Source: Candidatus Eiseniibacteriota bacterium
GTDB taxonomy: Bacteria; Eisenbacteria; RBG-16-71-46; CAIMUX01
Direction: 5' to 3'
Length of the DNA: 64,000 nt
Assembly: GCA_903844735.1 (NCBI GenBank)
Contig: CAIMUX010000080.1
Location: forward strand, 18,820 to 82,819
Positions 41,908-51,806 of the stretch are shown one piece after another. The position numbers and the translations under genes were made by a program. Every line of letters begins with the position of its first letter. The first letter of the stretch is position 1. The notes beneath the pieces are model-generated. The model searched no databases. It saw nothing but the letters and a program-made list of their open reading frames with translations, and was not told the DNA's origin.

Positions 41908-42113
41908 CGACTCGGGTAGACAGGATTCAGAAGTCAGAACTCAATCGGGGCCTGTGCACGGGCCTTCAACAGCACGCGGACCGTTTCAGGCAATGGGCCC
42001 GGCCAGAAACAAACCGGTGGGACATTTGCCACGTCACCAAGCCCGCGAATCTCATCGAGGAACGTCCTCATTCTGACCCCTGGATTCCGATTTCTGACTA
42101 TCCGGGTAGTCAC
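41904..42113. mobile_element. 210-bp GTAAC-family heptamer MITE
   Basis: Termini GTAACGACTCGGGTAGACAG and the reverse-complement GTGACTACCCGGATAGTCAG match at 15/20 positions; CAGAAGT-type heptamers in inverted orientation at both ends. Confidence 0.7.
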
Positions 42114-42351
42114 CGGGCGCCTTTGCTTCCCACGGCCGCAGCCGGAATGAGTCGGGCCACCCCCGCCGTTGCGGGTGGCGACGGGGCGATCGGGCTCCAT
42201 CGCGGGCGCCCGCGGCGCCGGATTCGCGCAATGATCCATAATTGCCCCCCAGCCCTGCCAGCCCAAGCGCCCGTCCGCAGATGCGACCAAAACTCTCCTA
42301 TGCGACAGAACAAATTGCTAAAATGAGAGATATAGCCTTTTCCAAACCCAA

Positions 42352-42367
42352 GGTTCCACGTGGAACT
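42352..42367. promoter_or_regulatory. parS site upstream of parA
   Basis: GGTTCCACGTGGAACT, with perfect palindromic core GTTCCACGTGGAAC. Confidence 0.88.
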
Positions 42368-42373
42368 TTCGAG

Positions 42374-42403
42374 TTGACCTTCCATCTGGGGTGATGCTAG
42401 CGT
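42374..42403 (+). promoter_or_regulatory. Putative parAB promoter
   Basis: TTGACC-18 bp-TAGCGT with TG at the extended -10 position. Confidence 0.4.
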
Positions 42404-42519
42404 CCGGGAGGGCGCGGATGAATCGGCGGGTGGCGGCAAGCGGGGTGGGCCCGACCGCGCGACGTACAGCGGCGGAACCCGATGGAGAACATGGAGTTCT
42501 GGGGAGGGTGAGTCGCACG

Positions 42520-43281
42520 ATGGGGCGTGTCATTGCGATAGCGAATCAGAAGGGTGGCGTCGGGAAGACCACGACCGTCGTGAATCTGGGCGCCTCTATC
42601 GCGAAGAGCGGCCTCCGGGTGCTCCTGCTGGATCTGGACCCGCAGTCCAACGCCACCTCAGGCGTTGGTGTCTCGGGGGTCAGCCCCGATGATTCGACCT
42701 ACCCAATTCTGGTCATGGGTCACCCCGTGGCGCCGATCATTCGGCGGACATCGTGCGAGCGGCTCGATTTGGCTCCAGCTACCCCGGAGTTGGCGGCGGC
42801 GGAGCTGGAGTTGGTGGACCAAGAGGGCCGGGAGCTTCATCTCCGCAGTGCCCTGGAACATGTTCGCAACGAATACGACTATGTCCTGATCGACTGTCCC
42901 CCGTCGCTCGGCCTGCTGACCATAAATGCTCTGGTGGCAGCAGATTCGGTCTTGATTCCGCTGCAGTGTGAGTACTACGCGCTGGAAGGACTGGGCCACC
43001 TCATGGACACGGTTCGGCGAGTGCGGGAGCGGCTGAACCCCTGCCTCGATGTGGAGGGCGTTCTCCTGACCATGTTCGATGGCAGACTGAACCTGTCCAT
43101 GCAAGTGGCGGAAGAGGCGCGGCGGCACTTCGGCGGAAAAGTGTATGCCACCATGATACCGAGAAATGTGCGGATCGGAGAGGCGCCCAGCTTCGGCAGG
43201 CCGGTCGTAGCCTATGACCCTGCCTGCGTCGGCGCAGTTAGCTATGAGAACTTGGCAAGGGAGATTCTCGCAAATGGCTAA
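42520..43281 (+). CDS. parA: ParA/Soj partition ATPase
   Basis: NQKGGVGKTT, DLDPQ, IDCPPSLG and QCEYYALEG motifs. Confidence 0.96.
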   Translation: MGRVIAIANQKGGVGKTTTVVNLGASIAKSGLRVLLLDLDPQSNATSGVGVSGVSPDDSTYPILVMGHPVAPIIRRTSCERLDLAPATPELAAAELELVDQEGRELHLRSALEHVRNEYDYVLIDCPPSLGLLTINALVAADSVLIPLQCEYYALEGLGHLMDTVRRVRERLNPCLDVEGVLLTMFDGRLNLSMQVAEEARRHFGGKVYATMIPRNVRIGEAPSFGRPVVAYDPACVGAVSYENLAREILANG

Positions 43282-44146
43282 GAAGGTTTTGGGGAGAGGG
43301 TTGGACGTGCTGATCCCGAGGGCCACGTCGGGGGCGGAGCCGCGTCGAGGCGACGTCGTCCAAAGCGTGCCCACCGCGAAGGTTCGCCCGAACCCCCGAC
43401 AACCGCGCCGGCAATTTAATGACGAACGATTGGCCGAGCTGGCCCATTCGATCCGGGAGAAGGGGATTATCGAGCCGCTCATCGTCCGGCAAGCGGAGGG
43501 TGACGAGTTCGAGCTCATTGCCGGGGAGCGACGTCTGCGCGCGGCACAATTGGCCGGACTCGAAGAGGTTCCAGTGCTGCTTCGGAGGTCGGCAGATCGA
43601 GAGAGCCTGGAGATCGCCCTAATCGAGAACCTCCAACGCGAGGACCTCAATCCGGTCGATGAAGCGCGGGCCTATCTCCGCTTATCCGAGGAGTTCGGGC
43701 GGACCCATGCCGAGATTTCCCAGGAGGTTGGCAAGGACCGCACGACCGTCACGAATTTGCTACGGATACTGCGACTGCCCCAGGGCGTGCTGAGCGACGT
43801 TTCACGTGGAACGTTGTCTGTTGGGCACGCGCGGGTTCTTCTCGGTGTGGAAGATCCGGGGCGCCAGGCGGATCTGGCCCGGCGCATGGTTGCGGAGGGC
43901 TGGAATGTCCGCCAGGCCGAGCGTTTTGTTTCTCAGATCAACAGGCCTGCGAAAACCCGGGGCAGCAAGTCGGGCACCCCAAGCCGGGGCGGGGATGTGG
44001 TTCGGATTGAAAAGGCGCTTCGGTATGCATTGGGAGCGGAGGTCCACCTCGACCACGGGGTGAGCGGCGGACGGATCGAAATCCGTTACGAGAGCGACGA
44101 AGAGCTAGAGCGGATTCTGGAAGTGCTTGGGATACAGATTCACTGA
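43274..44146 (+). CDS. parB: ParB/Spo0J partition protein
   Basis: LGRGL, IAGERRLRA, ENLQREDL and HTH motifs. Confidence 0.96.
   Translation: MAKKVLGRGLDVLIPRATSGAEPRRGDVVQSVPTAKVRPNPRQPRRQFNDERLAELAHSIREKGIIEPLIVRQAEGDEFELIAGERRLRAAQLAGLEEVPVLLRRSADRESLEIALIENLQREDLNPVDEARAYLRLSEEFGRTHAEISQEVGKDRTTVTNLLRILRLPQGVLSDVSRGTLSVGHARVLLGVEDPGRQADLARRMVAEGWNVRQAERFVSQINRPAKTRGSKSGTPSRGGDVVRIEKALRYALGAEVHLDHGVSGGRIEIRYESDEELERILEVLGIQIH
43798..43813. promoter_or_regulatory. parS site inside parB
   Basis: CGTTTCACGTGGAACG. Confidence 0.8.
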
Positions 44147-44172
44147 GCGATGACTGTGTTGGCACTAATCGA

Positions 44173-44721
44173 GTGGGCGGTTTTCCGGTCGCACCGGGGA
44201 GTCCGCAGCTAGTGTTCGGCTCCAAGTTGGGGCGAAAGGGACACGCAACGGCGCGGAATCACACGGTTTCCGTCCATGTTGCTTCATCCCGCAGCGGAAG
44301 AGCGTTCCAGTGGACGTTCTCCTGGTGGGCCGTTCGTGCCCTAATCGGAGCCGGGGGCGGGCTTGTTCTCGTGGTGGTGACAGGGATCTGTGGGCTCATT
44401 GGCTGGATCGACTCGACCGAACGGATGTGCCGCCTTCAGGCGGAAAATGACTCGTTGCGGGTTCAATTTCGCCGACTTGGGGAACTGGAGGCCAGTCTGG
44501 CCCGGATGTCGGAGTTGAATGAACAGATGCAGAAAATGTTTGGGGCGGGCTTACCCGCGGTTGAGACTAACGCGGATTCGTCGGCCGCGAACCACGGCGC
44601 GACCCATGGCGGGGACCGGAGAAGTCCGGGCGACAGCAGCGAACACCGAGCGGGAGGCAATGTGGCTCACCCTAGTCGTACCGGGAGTGGGCCACCCAGG
44701 TGGGAAACGGGATCTGACTAA
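44173..44721 (+). CDS. Membrane-anchored coiled-coil hypothetical protein; start uncertain
   Basis: One TM segment plus heptads (LQAENDSLR...LEASLARM); lies between parB and bactofilin. Confidence 0.55.
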   Translation: MGGFPVAPGSPQLVFGSKLGRKGHATARNHTVSVHVASSRSGRAFQWTFSWWAVRALIGAGGGLVLVVVTGICGLIGWIDSTERMCRLQAENDSLRVQFRRLGELEASLARMSELNEQMQKMFGAGLPAVETNADSSAANHGATHGGDRRSPGDSSEHRAGGNVAHPSRTGSGPPRWETGSD

Positions 44722-44762
44722 GTCTCGGGCGGCCGGGCTTGCCGGTGCCGAAGGAGGGTTCG

Positions 44763-45212
44763 ATGTTCGGAAAGAGAGACGAAACAGCCAGCGGAGACCG
44801 GCATGCCCATTCGATCCTTCAGGATGGGATGGTCGTTCAGGGGGTCGTGGATGCCAAAGGAGATGTCCGGCTGGACGGACATCTGGAGGGTAAACTTCAT
44901 GTGTCGGAGAGACTTACGGTTGGAGCCTCCGGGGTGCTGAACGCGGGCGTCGAGGCGGGTGAGGTCATCGTCATGGGAGCCATCGAAGGGACGATCCGAG
45001 CTCGCCGCCGCATCGAGCTTCGCAAGGGGGCCCGGGTCGTGGGGGACATCTCGGCGCCAATCCTGGTGATCGAAGAAGGTGTACATTTCCACGGGAACTG
45101 CAACATGCAACCAGGCGAGGCCCCATCGGCGGAGCCGGACCTCAAGACTCAGGCCTTGACCGTCGGTGAGGATCCCTTCGAGAAGAACAGGTATGAAAAG
45201 ATCTACCAGTAG
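44763..45212 (+). CDS. Bactofilin (polymer-forming cytoskeletal protein)
   Basis: AAGGAGG RBS; MFGK N-terminus; beta-helix VRLDGHLEG...VVGDI...IEEGVHFHGNC. Confidence 0.92.
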   Translation: MFGKRDETASGDRHAHSILQDGMVVQGVVDAKGDVRLDGHLEGKLHVSERLTVGASGVLNAGVEAGEVIVMGAIEGTIRARRRIELRKGARVVGDISAPILVIEEGVHFHGNCNMQPGEAPSAEPDLKTQALTVGEDPFEKNRYEKIYQ

Positions 45213-45332
45213 CCATCCTGGGTTCGCGGTGCCCGGACCAACGTGCCCATCATGACCCGAAACGCCCACAGCGCCTGGAGTCATCCTTTGGGATTGCCCG
45301 GTGCGGCAGTGGGCGTGGCGTGGGTGGCGAGT

Positions 45333-45477
45333 TGTGGATCGCGATGTGGATAACCCGCGGGCAGGAACACCGGAATCTGGGATGCCACGGGCATAACGCA
45401 GTAACCGACTGTGGGACAGGCGACTATAGTCATCTGCCATGTGGAGTTTCAGGCACATGCTATGTTGATAGTTCACA
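45333..45477. promoter_or_regulatory. DnaA-box cluster outside oriC
   Basis: Perfect TGTGGATAA (45345-45353), TGTGGATCG (45333), TGTGGAGTT (45440), TGTTGATAG (45463) and TAGTTCACA (45469). Confidence 0.6.
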
Positions 45478-45538
45478 AGAGGCGCAACACGCCCGCGCGG
45501 GGCCGTGAGATCGGCTGTCTCCCTTGTGGGCTTTCTGT

Positions 45539-45567
45539 TTGACACGTATCTGGGGCTGCTCTAACTT
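45539..45567 (+). promoter_or_regulatory. Putative sigma70 promoter
   Basis: TTGACA-17 bp-TAACTT upstream of the lipoprotein gene. Confidence 0.55.
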
Positions 45568-45624
45568 CAATGCGGGCTCGGTGCTCGGGGGGTGTGGTTA
45601 GTTTCCAAGAGGGGGTCAGATCCG

Positions 45625-47448
45625 ATGCGGCGGCTGTTTTTCGTCCTATTTGTCCTAGCCTCTCCTCTCCTCTGGAGCTGCTCCGAGAACGATACGCCGG
45701 CGGTTGTGGACCAGAGCGAGCCCGAGGTTCGCATCTGCTACCCCTATGACTCGGAGCCGACGACCTTCGTCGTTAACGATTCGATCAATGTCTACTTTGC
45801 TGCCCATGATCTGGGCCCGAACGGCCGCCAGGCTGAGCCGGCGAAGGTTGAGCTCTGGTTCTCCCGTCCCGGTACTCTCTCCGATACCACCGACCGCGTG
45901 TTGATCGGGATAGCGGGTAGGCCCATTTCCATCGACCAGGTGCCGGAGATGGACTCCAACCGGGTGGACTCCGTCCGGGCGATTGTCGAGCGCTCCCTGC
46001 CCGCGGGGTGGAGCTTGTACACGCGACCGTGGTTTACTGGGCCGACGCCTCTACCACCGATCGGCACACCGATCAACACGGGCACAGATGTGCAACTCTT
46101 TGCTGTCGCGTACGACGCGGCTGAAAATGTCGGGCGGACACCCGGTGTCGTTCGGGTTCACGTGACCAATTTCGGGGACGACATTGGACCACCCACGCCA
46201 CGCTTCACAGTCAACCCGCAATCGGGATCGACCGCCACCACGTTCGTCTTTGACGCATCCACGTCTACGGACCGGATCGACCGCGAGACCCACAAGATCA
46301 GTGTGAGATGGGATTTCGATGGTAATCCTGCGAACGGCTGGGACATCCCCTGGACCGCGAATGCCCGCGCCGACGAGAAGCAGAGTTGGCAGTATGCGGT
46401 GCCACGCACCTACCGCGCGACCCTGCAGGCCCACAATTCGTACCTCCCTGGCTCGGACAGCACGGTGACCCGCGACATCCTCGTGACATCGCTCGGGGGC
46501 TCTCCGCGACCGCCGGAGGAGAGCAACTACTGTGACATCCCCGCCGGAACCTATGTGATTGGTGACTCGATCTACGTTTCGGACGGCCAGACGTATCAGA
46601 CCGATGCCGTCGAGCGGCCGGTCCACGAGGTCGCATTCACCTCGACCTATCGGATCGAGAAGACGGAAGTCACAAACCGGCTCTATCTGGACTATCTACG
46701 TGCGGAACTGTATCCCGATACGGCGTCGATTGAGTACCGTGAAGGCGAGCGCCTCGTCTACTCATGGGATCCCGCGCACCCCGATGCACCGCGCGTGGTT
46801 TATTTTGACCCCAGCCTCTCCGAAATTTACTACAGCCTGGACAGCCGGACCTTCGCCATCAGGCAGGGTTACGAGGATCATCCGGTCACCGGCGTGACTT
46901 GGTTTGGCGCCAGCGCCTACGCCTTGGCGTACGGGTTGCGTCTGCCTACCGAGGCGGAGTGGGAGGTCGCGGCGCGTGGCGCCAACGGGGCCTGGAGCTA
47001 TCCGTTTGTTGGCGGGACAGAGCTGACCCTGGCCGCGGGGCCATACCGGGTGAACTATTTCGGGAGTCGAAACGGGACCGATCCGTTCATCGGCGGCACG
47101 GGGCCCACGACGCCGCGGGGTTTCTACAACGGACAGGTCTACGAAGGTTTCCAGACCCTGGACACGCCGAGCGCATTCGGGACATACGACATGGCCGGCA
47201 ATGTCGCTGAATGGGTGGGCGATTGGCTCCCAGCCTCGCCTCCTTTCTATCCCGAGTATCTTGACTCCGATCCGCAGGGGGCGTCGTCGGGGACGCATCG
47301 AGTGGTTCGGGGAGGCAGCTACCTGTCCAGCCGCGCCGGAGTGCGTTGCACGGCCCGCAAGGGTTCGCTGCCCACGGAGTGCTTTGCATCTGTCGGGTTT
47401 CGGACTGCGTACATCCGCCCCGTGGCCGCGCCTCCGCTCGGGCGGTAG
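45625..47448 (+). CDS. Lipoprotein with Ig/PKD domains and a C-terminal FGE-sulfatase (SUMF1-like) domain
   Basis: Lipobox LWSC; WDFDG (PKD); TEVTN, RLPTEAEWE, DMAGNVAEW, RGGS and GFR motifs. Confidence 0.88.
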   Translation: MRRLFFVLFVLASPLLWSCSENDTPAVVDQSEPEVRICYPYDSEPTTFVVNDSINVYFAAHDLGPNGRQAEPAKVELWFSRPGTLSDTTDRVLIGIAGRPISIDQVPEMDSNRVDSVRAIVERSLPAGWSLYTRPWFTGPTPLPPIGTPINTGTDVQLFAVAYDAAENVGRTPGVVRVHVTNFGDDIGPPTPRFTVNPQSGSTATTFVFDASTSTDRIDRETHKISVRWDFDGNPANGWDIPWTANARADEKQSWQYAVPRTYRATLQAHNSYLPGSDSTVTRDILVTSLGGSPRPPEESNYCDIPAGTYVIGDSIYVSDGQTYQTDAVERPVHEVAFTSTYRIEKTEVTNRLYLDYLRAELYPDTASIEYREGERLVYSWDPAHPDAPRVVYFDPSLSEIYYSLDSRTFAIRQGYEDHPVTGVTWFGASAYALAYGLRLPTEAEWEVAARGANGAWSYPFVGGTELTLAAGPYRVNYFGSRNGTDPFIGGTGPTTPRGFYNGQVYEGFQTLDTPSAFGTYDMAGNVAEWVGDWLPASPPFYPEYLDSDPQGASSGTHRVVRGGSYLSSRAGVRCTARKGSLPTECFASVGFRTAYIRPVAAPPLGR

Positions 47449-47662
47449 GTCGCGCGGCCCATGTCTGGCGGGAGGCCGCCTCGATATCAAGGGATCGAGC
47501 GCCCCGGAACCGGTTGGCCGAAGACTGCCCCGAGGCTCGGACCGTTGTTGGGCGCAGCTCTTGTCTTCCTCTCCGGTTGCTTGAAGAAATCAGCAAGCTG
47601 TTGGACTCCTGGACGGCTCAAACCGCCGACACCGCTCACGCCACTTATACAGCCCGCACCGC

Positions 47663-50296
47663 TCACGCCGCTCGGAACCGCCCGGACTCGCCCTCCCAGG
47701 TCGTCAGTAGTTCTTCCAGCATGGGGGCGGGGACTGGTCGGCTGAAGTAGAATCCCTGGATCGCATCGCACTCCTCGTCGCGCAGGAAACTCAACAGCGG
47801 CAGGTTGTCGACCCCCTCGGCCACCACGCGCATTCGCAGTGTGTGCGCCATGGAGATGAGAGCGCGGGCGATGGCAGCGTCGCGCGGATCGCGGGTCGTC
47901 TTGCGGACGAAGGATCGGTCGATCTTGACCGTCTCGATGGGCAGTTCCCGCAAATGGTTGAGCGACGAATGGCCATGCCCGAAGTCATCGAGCGAGAGGC
48001 AGAGTCCCATCTCCTTGACCTCGATGATGGTGCTCCGGTGGTTGCGAATGGAACGGATCGCGACCTTTTCGTTGATCTCCAGGTCGAGCAGGCGGGGGTC
48101 GGCCCCGGTTTCCTCGAGAATTTCGCGAATCCTGGACGCCAGATCGGACTGTTGGAACTGGCGCAGGGAAACGTTCACCGCGATTTTCACCGGGGGTAGG
48201 CCCGCGCGTTTCCAGGCCACGAGGTCGAGGCAGGCCTGTCGAAACACGAACAGGTCGATCGGGACAATGAGACCGGTCTGCTCGGCGATGCGCAAGAACG
48301 ATAGCGGGAGCAGCAGTCCTCGCGTCGGGTGGCGCCAGCGGATGAGAGCCTCCACGCACTCGATGCGGTTGGAGGCAAGCGTGAGCTGTGGTTGGTAGTA
48401 GACGACGAACTCGCCGCTGCGGAGGGCGCGGTGCAACTCTCCCTCGATCCCCAGTCGTTCGGTGGCGCGGCGCGTCATGGCCGGCGTGAAGATCCGGAAA
48501 ACATCGCCGCCCAAGCTCTTGGCGCGGGACAGGGCGGTATCGGCGTGGTGAAGCAGGGCTTCCCCGTCGGTGCCGTCGACGGGATAGACGCTGGCGCCGA
48601 TGCTGGCGGTAGTGAAGATCTCACGTTGGTCCAGTTCATACGGGCGGGCGAGGTTGTCCAGGATCTTGCGCGCCACGCGGCCGACGTCCTCCACCAGGCG
48701 GATCTCGCCCAAGAGTATGACGAACTCATCGCCGCCGAGACGAACCACTGTGTCGCAGGCGCGCACAGAACGGACCAGCCGCTCGGCCACGCGGCGGAGA
48801 AAGCGGTCGCCAACTGCATGCCCCAGACTGTCGTTCACCACCCTGAAGCGGTCGATGTCCAGGAACAGGATCCCCAGCATGTGCCCCTGCCGACGCGAGC
48901 GCAGGATGGCCAGGTCGAACCGGTCTTGAAAGAGCAGTCGGTTGGGCAGGCCGGTCAGCGAGTCGTGGTACGCGAGGTGTGTGATCAGCTTTTCTGCCCG
49001 GCGGGTCTCCGTGACGTCACGCAGACTGGAGAGGAACCGCCGAACACCGCCGATCTCGATGATCTCGGCGCTGAATCGGCAGTCGCGTTCCTCGCCGGAC
49101 TTGGTCCGCACGACGAGCTCGACCTCCGAGAAGCTACCGTTCTGGAGGAGGGTGTCCCTCATCCGTTCACGCTCCTGGAGGCTTGGGAAGATCCCCAATT
49201 CCCAGGATGCCCGGCCGATCACCTCGTCGCGGGTGAAGCCGAGCTGGCGAGGGAAGGCGTCGTTGACCACAAGGTAACGGCCCTCCTCTACGGTGCTGAT
49301 CGCCAGGCAGAGGGAACTCGAGTTGAACGCCTTGGCGAAGGTCTCCTCGCTCTCTCGGAGAGCGGCAGTGCGTTGATCCACGCGCAACTCCAGTTCGTTG
49401 CGGGAGAGTCGCAGATCGGCTTCGGCCCGGTGGCGCTCCGCCACGAGGGAGGAGACCGCGAGGCCAGTGAAGGAGAGGACGGCGACAAACGCCTGTAGCT
49501 CGATGAGCGATCGGCTCTGGTCTGGCCCGCGAAACGGCCCGAGCCCGTGCAGGGTGCCGGTGATGGCGGCGGCTGAGAGAATGGCCAAAGGAGTCAAGAC
49601 CTTGCGGCGGTCAAGGTAGAAGGCGGCCCATACAACCAGCGCCAATAGAACGTGAGGAGCGATCTTGTGGGCGGGGGCCGACTCGCGGCTGAAGAACAGC
49701 AGCAGACCGAGGGGGATGGTGGCGACGAGCAGAAGGATGTCGCCGCGAAGGGACAGCCCTGACGGCCCACCCCGGAGCACCGCCTGCCAGGTCAGGACGA
49801 GTGGGGTCAGGATGAGAATGCTGGTCCAGTCGCCGAGCCACCAGCTGCACCAATTCTGTGCCGCCATGCCCGCCGGGACAAGGTGAACCAGTCCAAGGGC
49901 GGAGACTTCAACCGAGGCGGCGATCGCGCTTCCCAACGAGGAGACGGCACCGAACACGAAGACACTCTTCGCGGTGTGGAGCGGCTCGACCGGATCGCAG
50001 ATGCGGCGGAGAAGAGATTCCGCGATGACCACCTCGAGGGTGGAGCCGATTCCAATGGCGGCCGCGGCGTAGAGCGGGACCCCGGTGCTGAGGGCGACGA
50101 GCGACGCGCCCAGCCAGACCCCGGGCCAGACCGCGGGCCCGAGCATAAGGAGAACAGCCAAACTCAGCCCCGGCGGTGGCCAGAGTGGGGTCGTGTGGCC
50201 GCCGGTCGTCGCGAGGAGGAGACCGAGCTTCGCAGCAACGAAATAAGCCATTGCAAGCAGGCCGATTCTGGCCAGACGGATCTCGGCACCCCTCAT
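47663..50296 (-). CDS. MASE1-PAS-GGDEF-EAL c-di-GMP signalling protein
   Basis: MASE1 TM region (LWPP, WWLGD), PAS domain, intact GGDEF, EAL, DDFG and KIDRSF motifs. Confidence 0.93.
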   Translation of the reverse strand: MRGAEIRLARIGLLAMAYFVAAKLGLLLATTGGHTTPLWPPPGLSLAVLLMLGPAVWPGVWLGASLVALSTGVPLYAAAAIGIGSTLEVVIAESLLRRICDPVEPLHTAKSVFVFGAVSSLGSAIAASVEVSALGLVHLVPAGMAAQNWCSWWLGDWTSILILTPLVLTWQAVLRGGPSGLSLRGDILLLVATIPLGLLLFFSRESAPAHKIAPHVLLALVVWAAFYLDRRKVLTPLAILSAAAITGTLHGLGPFRGPDQSRSLIELQAFVAVLSFTGLAVSSLVAERHRAEADLRLSRNELELRVDQRTAALRESEETFAKAFNSSSLCLAISTVEEGRYLVVNDAFPRQLGFTRDEVIGRASWELGIFPSLQERERMRDTLLQNGSFSEVELVVRTKSGEERDCRFSAEIIEIGGVRRFLSSLRDVTETRRAEKLITHLAYHDSLTGLPNRLLFQDRFDLAILRSRRQGHMLGILFLDIDRFRVVNDSLGHAVGDRFLRRVAERLVRSVRACDTVVRLGGDEFVILLGEIRLVEDVGRVARKILDNLARPYELDQREIFTTASIGASVYPVDGTDGEALLHHADTALSRAKSLGGDVFRIFTPAMTRRATERLGIEGELHRALRSGEFVVYYQPQLTLASNRIECVEALIRWRHPTRGLLLPLSFLRIAEQTGLIVPIDLFVFRQACLDLVAWKRAGLPPVKIAVNVSLRQFQQSDLASRIREILEETGADPRLLDLEINEKVAIRSIRNHRSTIIEVKEMGLCLSLDDFGHGHSSLNHLRELPIETVKIDRSFVRKTTRDPRDAAIARALISMAHTLRMRVVAEGVDNLPLLSFLRDEECDAIQGFYFSRPVPAPMLEELLTTWEGESGRFRAA

Positions 50297-50546
50297 GCGG
50301 CGACTCCCCCCCGTCTCTGGTGCTCGGAGCGTGATCAACCTACATTGCTCTCACTAGGCTTTCGGCCACCCGGAGTGCGAGGTGAAGAAATCTTGGAATT
50401 GTGACCGGTCCACGCCTCCGCCTATGATGAAGAAAGTGGCCTCAGATGTGGTTTCCGTGCGCCGAGAGACGCGGACGACCAAGGATAGACGATGCTGCCG
50501 GCTCGCCACGGAGCCAGCGGGGGGGGGCACGGGAAGGAGATGCCTG

Positions 50547-51797
50547 GTGACAGACCGATCGAATTTCCGCCGACAGGCGCCCGTCCGAGCGGTAGATCCT
50601 CCCCGCCTGTTCCTGCTCTTCGCCGTCCATCTCGTCTTGGCCGCGGTCGCGGTGTCGGCCAGACCTGCAAGCGCGCAGGGCTCCGCCCTGGTCGGAATCC
50701 CGGACTCGTCCGCGGTCGAGGCTCAGAACCTCCGGGCGATTGACACCCCGAACGATCGCGGCGAGAGCGTGAACCTCTCGTGGGAGCCGGCCGCGATAGA
50801 AGCGAAGGATCCCGCGGCGGTCTTTGGCTACGTCATCGAGCGTGCTGAGTCCACGGACGGGCCGTTCCGTGAAGTGGGGCGCGTTGTCGCCGGGACCCGG
50901 GAATTCGTCGAAGCCGACAGCCTCCGGGACGGGGTTGCCTACTTCTACCGGGTGCGCACCGAGCGGCCCGGCGGGGTCCTGAGCGGCGTGGCTGCGATCG
51001 CCGGGCCGGTGATCTCGAAGGGACAGCTCTTCGACAAGCGCAAGACGGTCACCTGCATCGCCACCGTCCTGTTCTGCCTCACTGTCGTCTGGCTGATCCA
51101 GCACGCGCGTCGGGGCAAGGCGATGTATATCCGACCGATCCCCGGGCTCTCGGCCGTGGACGAGGCGATAGGGCGCGCTACCGAGATGGGGCGGCCCATA
51201 CTCTTCGTCCCCGGGCTCGGGGGCTCCAGTGACGTCGCCACGCTGGCAGCCTTCACGCTTCTGGGGCGGGTCGGGCTCAAGACCGCCGAGTACCAGTCGT
51301 CGCTCATTGTTCCCTGCTACGACCCGATCGTCATGACCATCGCCCAGGAAATCGTGAAGTCGTCCTACCTGGGTGCGGGACGTCCGGAGATGTACCGGCA
51401 GGACGACGTCTTCTTTGTTACCCAGGACCAGTTCAGTTACACCGCGGCGGTCAACGGCATCATGTTGCGCGAGCGTCCGGCCACGAACTTCTACATCGGA
51501 AAGTTCTATGCCGAGAGCCTGGTGCTGGCCGAGACAGGCAACCTCGCCGGGTCGATCCAGATTGCGGGGACCGACGAGATCACCCAGATCCCTTTCTTCG
51601 TGGCAGCGTGCGACTACACCCTCATCGGCGAGGAGCTGTATGCGTCGAGCGCCTATCTTTCGCAGGAGCCACCGCTGCTCGGGACCCTCAAGGCCCAAGA
51701 CTACGCCAAAGCTGTGACGGTACTCGTGTTGATCCTCGGGGTCATTGCGGCACTTCTACACCATGACTGGTTCGTCAAACTGTTCCTCGTCGAGTAG
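50547..51797 (+). CDS. Cassette 1 gene A: signal peptide + FN3-like domain + TM + DUF6754-like domain
   Basis: AAGGAG RBS before GTG; LSWE...YFYRVRT (FN3); IRPIPGLSAVDEAIGRATEMG...LIGEELYA. Confidence 0.8.
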   Translation: MTDRSNFRRQAPVRAVDPPRLFLLFAVHLVLAAVAVSARPASAQGSALVGIPDSSAVEAQNLRAIDTPNDRGESVNLSWEPAAIEAKDPAAVFGYVIERAESTDGPFREVGRVVAGTREFVEADSLRDGVAYFYRVRTERPGGVLSGVAAIAGPVISKGQLFDKRKTVTCIATVLFCLTVVWLIQHARRGKAMYIRPIPGLSAVDEAIGRATEMGRPILFVPGLGGSSDVATLAAFTLLGRVGLKTAEYQSSLIVPCYDPIVMTIAQEIVKSSYLGAGRPEMYRQDDVFFVTQDQFSYTAAVNGIMLRERPATNFYIGKFYAESLVLAETGNLAGSIQIAGTDEITQIPFFVAACDYTLIGEELYASSAYLSQEPPLLGTLKAQDYAKAVTVLVLILGVIAALLHHDWFVKLFLVE

Positions 51798-51806
51798 GGA
51801 GAAAGC

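Noticed and set aside
46154-46169. Third parS (GGGTTCACGTGACCAA)
   Set aside because: Five mismatches to the consensus and poor outer symmetry.
47613-47684. Degenerate 9-bp tandem (ACCGCTCAC-like) at the end of the GGDEF-EAL gene
   Set aside because: Short and single-copy; partly a duplication of the gene's 3' end, with no functional evidence.
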